From Candidatus Bathyarchaeota archaeon (GTDB taxonomy: Archaea > Thermoproteota > Bathyarchaeia > Bathyarchaeales > Bathycorpusculaceae), in the NCBI GenBank assembly GCA_963707955.1, contig OY970176.1, positions 1,728,001 to 1,792,000 of the forward strand: DNA of 64,000 nucleotides, read 5' to 3'. Made by a program: the position numbers and the translations under genes. The notes under the pieces are model-generated. The model had not been told where the DNA came from, did not search any database, and saw only the letters and a program-made list of their open reading frames with translations. This document shows, piece by piece, positions 57,933-64,000 of this stretch; position 1 is the stretch's first letter; every line of letters begins with the position of its first letter.

Positions 57933-59027
57933 ATGGCCAGCGCAAGAAGAATCGTTTCTGACCTTCGCCTGTACGGTCGGGGATATCTGAGAAATGCGGC
58001 AGGACTGTTCTTCGGTCTGATATTCCCAGTGATCCTCATACTCATTTTCGGCGCCATTTTCTCGTCAGGCTTTTCCGGAACGATAACAGTCTACGTTCAA
58101 AACCAAGACACAGGTCCAATCTCCAACTATTTCCTAGGCAACCTTACCAAGACAGGCACAGTTAGCCTGGTATTGGTGAATAATTCTAAAGACTTCTCTC
58201 AATACCTCTCGGCTCATTCCGCGTCCGACGGGATAATCATTCCCCCAGATTTCTCGGCCAATTACATGACCGGCAAGCCTGTCAACGTGACACTCTATGG
58301 TAATCCTTCTCAAAGCTCCAGCGCCATCGTGAGCGGAACCGTAAACGGAGTGGTAAACGGGTTTAACCTAGCGCGCGCGGGGGGCTCACCGATCATCGGT
58401 ATAACTCAGACCACGGCCAATTCTCAGGTGACCAAATACATCGATTTTCTAGTTCCTGGCCTTATCGGCTTTTCAATACTCATCAGCCCGATGTTTTCCC
58501 TGGTGAACATATCCTCCGAGTACAAGAGAATAAAGCTTTTCAAACAGTTATCGTTGACTCCTCTCACCAAGATCGAGTGGCTAGCCTCCAAAGTACTCTT
58601 CTATATTCTCCTGTCAGTGGCGTCATTCTTGTTGATGGTTGCCGTAGGGGTCATAGCCTTCGGCGCACACGTTGCGCTCTCACCATGGCTCATACCGTTC
58701 CTAATACTTGGACCGATGTTCTTCGCCTCGCTGGGCATGCTAGTTGGGACCGTATCAAAGAGCACCGAAACAGCCAGCGTCGTCGGAAACGTAATAACCT
58801 TCCCAATGATGTTTCTCTCAGGCACGTTCTTCCCAATCTCGCTCATGCCCACGTATTTGCAATACTTGGCACATGTCCTACCCCTCTTCTATATCATCGA
58901 TGGACTCAACGGGGTTATGATATACAACAACTATGCACAGGCAACGATAGACCTGATAGTAGTCTTGATAATCACGATCGTCGCCTTCGTAGCTGCAGCG
59001 AGGATATTCAAGTGGAGAGAAGACTAG
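57933..59027 (+). CDS. ABC-2 type exporter permease
   Basis: FLVPGL, PMMFLSGTFFP, FKWRE; about six TM segments. Confidence 0.92.
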   Translation: MASARRIVSDLRLYGRGYLRNAAGLFFGLIFPVILILIFGAIFSSGFSGTITVYVQNQDTGPISNYFLGNLTKTGTVSLVLVNNSKDFSQYLSAHSASDGIIIPPDFSANYMTGKPVNVTLYGNPSQSSSAIVSGTVNGVVNGFNLARAGGSPIIGITQTTANSQVTKYIDFLVPGLIGFSILISPMFSLVNISSEYKRIKLFKQLSLTPLTKIEWLASKVLFYILLSVASFLLMVAVGVIAFGAHVALSPWLIPFLILGPMFFASLGMLVGTVSKSTETASVVGNVITFPMMFLSGTFFPISLMPTYLQYLAHVLPLFYIIDGLNGVMIYNNYAQATIDLIVVLIITIVAFVAAARIFKWRED

Positions 59028-59186
59028 CATCAGAAACAAGTATTCGTTGGACATTTCAAGAATCATGAACCAAGAGATTCGAAAGAGCATGTGCCTACTC
59101 AACGCGGTGCGAACTTCTAATCGCGTGTCATTTGAACGATTGTGAAACGCGAAAGGTTTTAGTTACGCGTACATCGTTGTTCTTTT

Positions 59187-59723
59187 GTGAGTAAAATGAG
59201 CGGTACAAATTCTCTCCTTGAAATCAACGATCTCGTATTGAAGAAGAAGATACTGTCTGTGCGTGAGCACTACGATCTGGAGGATGTGAGTGGAACGAAA
59301 TTGGGAGAAGCTGATGGCAATCTCTTCCAGTTTCCAGCGAAGTTTGTCGTCATTGATACCAATGGTTCGGAGTTGATGCACGTCGAAGGGAAAGTATTGT
59401 CGCTCCGAAGGCAGTTCACTTTCTATGACAATGCTGGAGTGGAACTGGGAACCATACAGAAAAAGATAGTCAAGCTGATTGGAGAAGAGTACTGGGTGGA
59501 AAGAGACGGGCGCGAGTTCATGCGCATCTACGGGAATTTCACGGAGCACGACTATCAGATGCAGGTCAACGGGGTTCAGGTCGCCTCTGTACACAAGAAG
59601 TGGGTCTCGGTGCGAGATCAGCTCAAGGTCTCGATAACAGGAGACGCGGATCACCGAGTTGTTATCGGAACAGTGATTGTGATCGAACATGTGGAAGTCA
59701 CGGAGAGGCAGAACCAGCACTAA
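59187..59723 (+). CDS. LURP-one/tubby-like (scramblase-like) protein
   Basis: LKKKILSVREHY, KVLSLRRQF, GNFTEHDY, VHKKWVSVRD. Confidence 0.78.
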   Translation: MSKMSGTNSLLEINDLVLKKKILSVREHYDLEDVSGTKLGEADGNLFQFPAKFVVIDTNGSELMHVEGKVLSLRRQFTFYDNAGVELGTIQKKIVKLIGEEYWVERDGREFMRIYGNFTEHDYQMQVNGVQVASVHKKWVSVRDQLKVSITGDADHRVVIGTVIVIEHVEVTERQNQH

Positions 59724-60382
59724 ACTGTAACAAAGTTCAACCTTGATTTGAGCAGTTTGTCGGATTTCTGGGCTCCTCTTGAGGTATGGGCCATAAAGAC
59801 TAGCAACGTTCAAGGTGCAGAACCCTCGTGTGTATACGCTAAACTTCCTCTCTCTATAGTTCCAGTAAAGGAAAATGATCTTTGACCCAGGTGAGGAATA
59901 ATGGATCCTTTCCGAAAAAGCAAACGTGACCCATCCTCTCTGCAACAAGTCGAAAGCATGCCCTCCTCCTTTTGAGTGAGCTCTACGCAATATCCTGAAT
60001 TGGGTTTCTTTTGCTGAAATACGCTCAGAACAAACCAGAAATTAGGGTGCCGAGGTCATGTTTACACTATTGTTTAGAACTTCGAGCATGCTTGTTCCTA
60101 AATTCTGTTCAAGAGGGAGGCATGGCGTTTTCCGATGGTGATGGTTAGTGTTACGGTTCGGGCTGGGTTCTTGCTTGCTCACACCCTCCCCCCCGGGTAT
60201 CCTATATGATCCAAATATGGTTGAAGAGCAGAATGAGTAGCGCAAGCTGCTTCCCGAAAGAATGTAGGAACGCGCTAGCGCGCATCAGCGCCTATGCGAA
60301 GAGTCTTTAGCCAAAAAAGTCTTATTGCTTCGCGCGCGCTGTTGATTCATGATTCATATTCAACTTCTGAAAAGTTTGACCC

Positions 60383-60769
60383 TCACGTTTGAGATTGTCG
60401 TTCGCTCTGTTCAAATCGTGCCAGTGAATAACATAGCAGGTCTGCCGCCAATTCCTCCGTTTTCTTGCATATGGCTCTCAGGTTGTCCAGTTGAACAGGA
60501 CACAATGCACACTGTTTACATTCTTGTTCGAGTTTTCTGTATTCCTCCCATGCGTTTTTGCTTCGCAGGATTTGAGAATCGGTTAACGTGTTAAGACGCT
60601 TTATCGCCGAGTCTAAAGCTTTCAAATCTAGAGTTTTCGGAGTGCGTTGCTCTAGTTCGTTCATCTTGTTTTTCAGTTTTTGCACTTTTTCCAAAGTTTT
60701 TCCGTAGTCCCCTTGAATTTGTCTCCCTGTCTCTTTAATTCGGGCTCGAAGCTCCATGGTGCGTCCCAA
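60383..60769 (-). CDS. Hypothetical coiled-coil protein with CxxCxxC
   Basis: 128-aa charged helical ORF containing ECKQCALCP. Confidence 0.5.
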   Translation of the reverse strand: MGRTMELRARIKETGRQIQGDYGKTLEKVQKLKNKMNELEQRTPKTLDLKALDSAIKRLNTLTDSQILRSKNAWEEYRKLEQECKQCALCPVQLDNLRAICKKTEELAADLLCYSLARFEQSERQSQT

Positions 60770-60874
60770 AGTGTTTCCCTGCTTTCTTTTTTCTCAAAGA
60801 ATGCATTTAGAATCGAAAACTATTTAGCCGTTTCAACCGCTATAGCCTTGACAAAAAACCGTTGGGAGTTTCCC

Positions 60875-61570
60875 TTGGAAATTACCTCTCTTATGGTTGA
60901 GTTTTCAGACAGGAGCGCAGGTAGGAAAACCGCGGGCTTCTTGGCGAGACCGAAAAAGGACGGGACGTATCCCGCCGTAATCGTGATTCACGAAATATGG
61001 GGTTTGGTGGACCACATAAAGGATGTGGCTGCGAGACTTGCGCGTGAAGGCTATGTTGCTCTTGCTGTGGATCTGTTTGAAGGAAAGACGGTAACGAAAC
61101 TGGAGGAAGGACGCAAGTTCAGGGAACAATTCACCGAAGAGAAAATTATTGGAGACTTGAACAGAGCATTTGATTACCTCAAGAATTTTTCGTACGTGAA
61201 CCCGAAAGGTATAGGAAGCATAGGGTTCTGTATGGGCGGGGGACTTTCACTTCTCTTTGCTTGCCATAACAAGGAGTTGGCGGCTGCTGTTGTCTTCTAT
61301 GGCAGAAACCCATCACCAATAGACCGAGTAAAGACGATTCAATGCCCGATTCTCGGCAACTACGCAGGAGCCGACATGGCGATAACTGAATCAGACATCA
61401 ACCTTCTAAAACAGACTCTGACAAAATACAAGAAGACCTTCGACATCAAAACATATCCAGAAGCTCCACACGCATTTTTTAATGACACACGAGAGAGTTA
61501 CAGACCCGAAGCCGCCAAAGACGCTTGGACAAGAACGCTGCAGTTTTTCAACAAATACTTGAAAGCCTAA
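60875..61570 (+). CDS. Dienelactone hydrolase family protein
   Basis: VIHEIWG, GYVALAVDL, GFCMGG, APHAFFND; TTG start after GGGAG. Confidence 0.92.
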   Translation: MEITSLMVEFSDRSAGRKTAGFLARPKKDGTYPAVIVIHEIWGLVDHIKDVAARLAREGYVALAVDLFEGKTVTKLEEGRKFREQFTEEKIIGDLNRAFDYLKNFSYVNPKGIGSIGFCMGGGLSLLFACHNKELAAAVVFYGRNPSPIDRVKTIQCPILGNYAGADMAITESDINLLKQTLTKYKKTFDIKTYPEAPHAFFNDTRESYRPEAAKDAWTRTLQFFNKYLKA

Positions 61571-61814
61571 AGGGCTCATTTTTTATCTCTCACTTTCTGC
61601 AACCAAGACCCCAATCTAAGTATACGGTAAAAACATGCTTGATGTACGTGCTGAAAATGCCGGTAGAAATCAAAGGGCAGAGGCTTTCTCAAACCCCTCA
61701 TGCTTCACTGATCCTGCTTTTCTACCGACAAACTGGAGCCAAATTTTAACCCATGCGTCAGCGTTCCGAAATGGTCTTATCTAGCCAAGATAGCCTCAAA
61801 ATATGCCCAAAATT

Positions 61815-63504
61815 ATGGTGCGGGGGGTTAGGTTTATGCTGTCGTTTAAAACTGTCAAGTTCCAAATTCCATAGCTAAGTTGCAACACTCTTGGCCTCTG
61901 CCAAAATCCAGCAATTTCAACTTTTCCGCAATTTCGCACCTTTTCGTTATTTCTTGAATCTTGTTCTTTGTAAGCGCTCACGCTTGCTTCATGGCTGATC
62001 TCCTATAGCTCAAATAACCCACTCAAAGACTTGCTTACATGCATTGGCTCAGCGCTGAGGATCGTCTGAATTACAGAAGATTTGTAAACTCGGATGATTT
62101 AGTAAACTTATTGGGGAACAAAAGAATTGGAGTTACATTTTCCTTCATTAGAAAGAGGACTAAGCAGTAACCCTAGATTAGGCGAGCTAGTCTATTCAAT
62201 TCCTGGAACTGAATACTTGAAGCTTCTTGACCAATTATTCGACGATCTCTATAATGGAGGATGCGAAGGGGTAGATAAAAAAGTTGTCGAAGTCTCAGAT
62301 TTGCTCAGATTTCAGTCCTTGGTTTCAGAATTGCAGTTTGCTCGTTACTTCATTCTGAAAAACTGCCAAGTTGAGTTTCTGCCCAATGACGCATTTTCTG
62401 GCAGAAAAGCCCCCGACATGCTCGTCACTGGCAACTCAAAAGATTACTTCGTTGAAGTTAAGAACATCCAGTTTGATGACGAAGAATACAATTTTGGAAA
62501 AGCGATAGCTGATGCATTGAATTCAGTGGGAAAGTCATTTATGGTGGTAATAAGATCTTCGAGCAACCTTTCCAAGCCAGCGTATAAATACGAAACCAAA
62601 AACCAGAAAGAACTTGATTCAAGGAATGCGTTGGAGGAATTCAGAACTAAGATTAGAGAGATCCCAGAAGACAAAAAGACGGAAATTAGTACGACCGTTG
62701 CGGACATAGAACTGTACCCGACAAGAAAAGGCAAGTCCTATCTTGGGATGAGTGCAATGAAACAAGTAATAACCCTGCGCGAAGAATACTTGGAACGAAT
62801 TAAGTATGATGTCTTGCAAAAAGGCAGTAAAAGAAATGATTGGTCAGGGTTTGAGCTTGACAAGCTTTACGTTGTAGCCATTGACGATGAATCGATTTTT
62901 TTCGACACAGATTGGTATAACATAATCATGTTTGGACTTGCAACCGAGTTTTATCCTCCTCTCCCAATTCCAGAGCCAACAATTGATGACACCATCCAAC
63001 ATGCAATCGATCTGGGATGGAAAGAATATCTGACAAAAATGCGCATTCTGCGCAATAACAGATCAGTCATCGAAGATAATCAAAGGGGGGCATTCTTCAA
63101 CGAAGAGGCAATGAAGAATGTGACAGCAGTAATGGTTCGGAATAGAACCAATTTCTACTTGATGGCAAATCCTTTTTCAGAAGATCGCATAAATAGCCCG
63201 AGCATATTGACCGAAATGGCAGATTGCATTATTGGGTGGGTATAACAGGAAACCTGTAATCACTGAGAAGGTCGTTTACGTTAACTCCATTAGCCAACCT
63301 GATTGAATTTGAACGGTTGGGTATTAAGATCGACGCGTAGCATAAGAAAAAAGGATTGCGCGATGGTAGTTGTCTAAGTTGACAGTTTAAACGCTCAAGT
63401 GAAATCAAAACCCACCCTGAATTTGAAGTCGTTTTTCTACCGTCCTGCGCTCAAAACGAGCGAAAAATGAGCTAAATGAATTGTTCTGAGATGGTGCGGG
63501 GGGT
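61815..63504. mobile_element. tRNA-Leu-anchored integrative islet (~1.7 kb) bounded by a 14-bp direct repeat
   Basis: ATGGTGCGGGGGGT at 61815-61828 and at 63491-63504 (tRNA 3' end). Interior is AT-rich; no integrase inside. Confidence 0.65.
62127..63245 (+). CDS. Hypothetical protein with PD-(D/E)xK nuclease-like motif
   Basis: VSEL....F ... KAPDMLV ... YFVEVKNI; AT-rich codon usage. Confidence 0.7.
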   Translation: MELHFPSLERGLSSNPRLGELVYSIPGTEYLKLLDQLFDDLYNGGCEGVDKKVVEVSDLLRFQSLVSELQFARYFILKNCQVEFLPNDAFSGRKAPDMLVTGNSKDYFVEVKNIQFDDEEYNFGKAIADALNSVGKSFMVVIRSSSNLSKPAYKYETKNQKELDSRNALEEFRTKIREIPEDKKTEISTTVADIELYPTRKGKSYLGMSAMKQVITLREEYLERIKYDVLQKGSKRNDWSGFELDKLYVVAIDDESIFFDTDWYNIIMFGLATEFYPPLPIPEPTIDDTIQHAIDLGWKEYLTKMRILRNNRSVIEDNQRGAFFNEEAMKNVTAVMVRNRTNFYLMANPFSEDRINSPSILTEMADCIIGWV

Positions 63505-63579
63505 GGGATTTGAACCCACGAACCCCTGCGGGATAGGCGCCTCAGGCCTACGCCTTTGGCCATGCTTGGCAACCCCCGC
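63492..63579 (-). tRNA. tRNA-Leu (anticodon GAG), CCA encoded, long variable arm, no intron
   Basis: Acceptor stem GCGGGGG/CCCCCGC-ACCA, anticodon arm TAGGC-CTGAGGC-GCCTA, T-arm GTGGG-TTCAAAT-CCCAC. Confidence 0.95.
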
Positions 63580-63679
63580 CCTGGCGAAGTAATCGCTCTA
63601 TCTCGTAACCTTTAGTCTGAATTAAATCTTGCCCATTGTGCGTTGGACAATAAGAAGGGATAGTTGAGCTTCTAGTTTT

Positions 63680-64000
63680 TCAGATTATGCGAAAATCTTC
63701 TTTAATCGTAGTCAACACGACATGCGTGTTCGTTCGTTCCACGTAAGGTAGTGACAAGAGACGTTTTGTGAACTTGCTGAGGTCTTCGCGGTTCTTGAAT
63801 TTTGCGACTATCGCGGCGTCTGACAAGCCGGTTAGGTCGTAAACGCAGCACACGTTAGGAATGCGCGCGATCTCGTTTTCCATCTCCAAGAGTCTTCCTT
63901 TGGAAACAGTTATTTCTGTCACAACCGTCAACTCGTAGCCGAGCTTCTCTTGGTCAAGAAGCGCCGTGTACCCCTTTATTATCCCTTCGTCTTCCATCTT
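63680..64000 (-). CDS. Lrp/AsnC-family transcriptional regulator (5' part outside the window)
   Basis: MEDEGIIKGY...EKLGY, YDLTG..D, VERTNTHVVLTTIKED. Confidence 0.9.
   Translation of the reverse strand, partial: KMEDEGIIKGYTALLDQEKLGYELTVVTEITVSKGRLLEMENEIARIPNVCCVYDLTGLSDAAIVAKFKNREDLSKFTKRLLSLPYVERTNTHVVLTTIKEDFRII

Noticed and set aside
60045-60070. GGTGCCGAGGTC... as a second degenerate tRNA att site
   Set aside because: It does not match the tRNA-Leu in this window and is too short to tell from chance.

Overview
This is an archaeal chromosome segment. Gene content, TATA-type promoters and the '...HYP' dockerin-tailed surface proteins point to Candidatus Bathyarchaeia (inference). The core content is: a conserved translation/tRNA-modification cluster (kae1-bud32-rdgB, rps15, RecJ-like DHH-pcc1-serS-rps3ae) interrupted by accessory blocks; a redox operon (HdrC-like/GltD-like fusion, HdrA-MvhD fusion, 2-oxoacid:ferredoxin oxidoreductase delta/alpha/beta/gamma); a phosphate locus (AbrB-PhoU regulator, pstSCAB-phoU, DUF47); alba, peptidases, two ABC-2 exporters and tRNA-Leu(GAG). 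Five observations stand out. (1) Three different secreted proteins end in nearly identical, mosaic dockerin DNA, and two carry a decayed dockerin of another type just after the stop codon with the same junction, suggesting a spreading C-terminal tag swap. (2) A ~1.7 kb islet is bounded by a duplicated tRNA-Leu 3' end and carries one PD-(D/E)xK-like ORF. (3) Two unannotated small ORFs with SD-like sites share a CTATATAG box with the pst promoter. (4) The HdrA module lacks HdrB and is paired with an HdrC/NADPH-flavoprotein fusion. (5) Alternating (CG)n tracts are concentrated in intergenic DNA. All calls come from motif recognition by eye; no searches were run. Several single-base frameshifts may be assembly errors.
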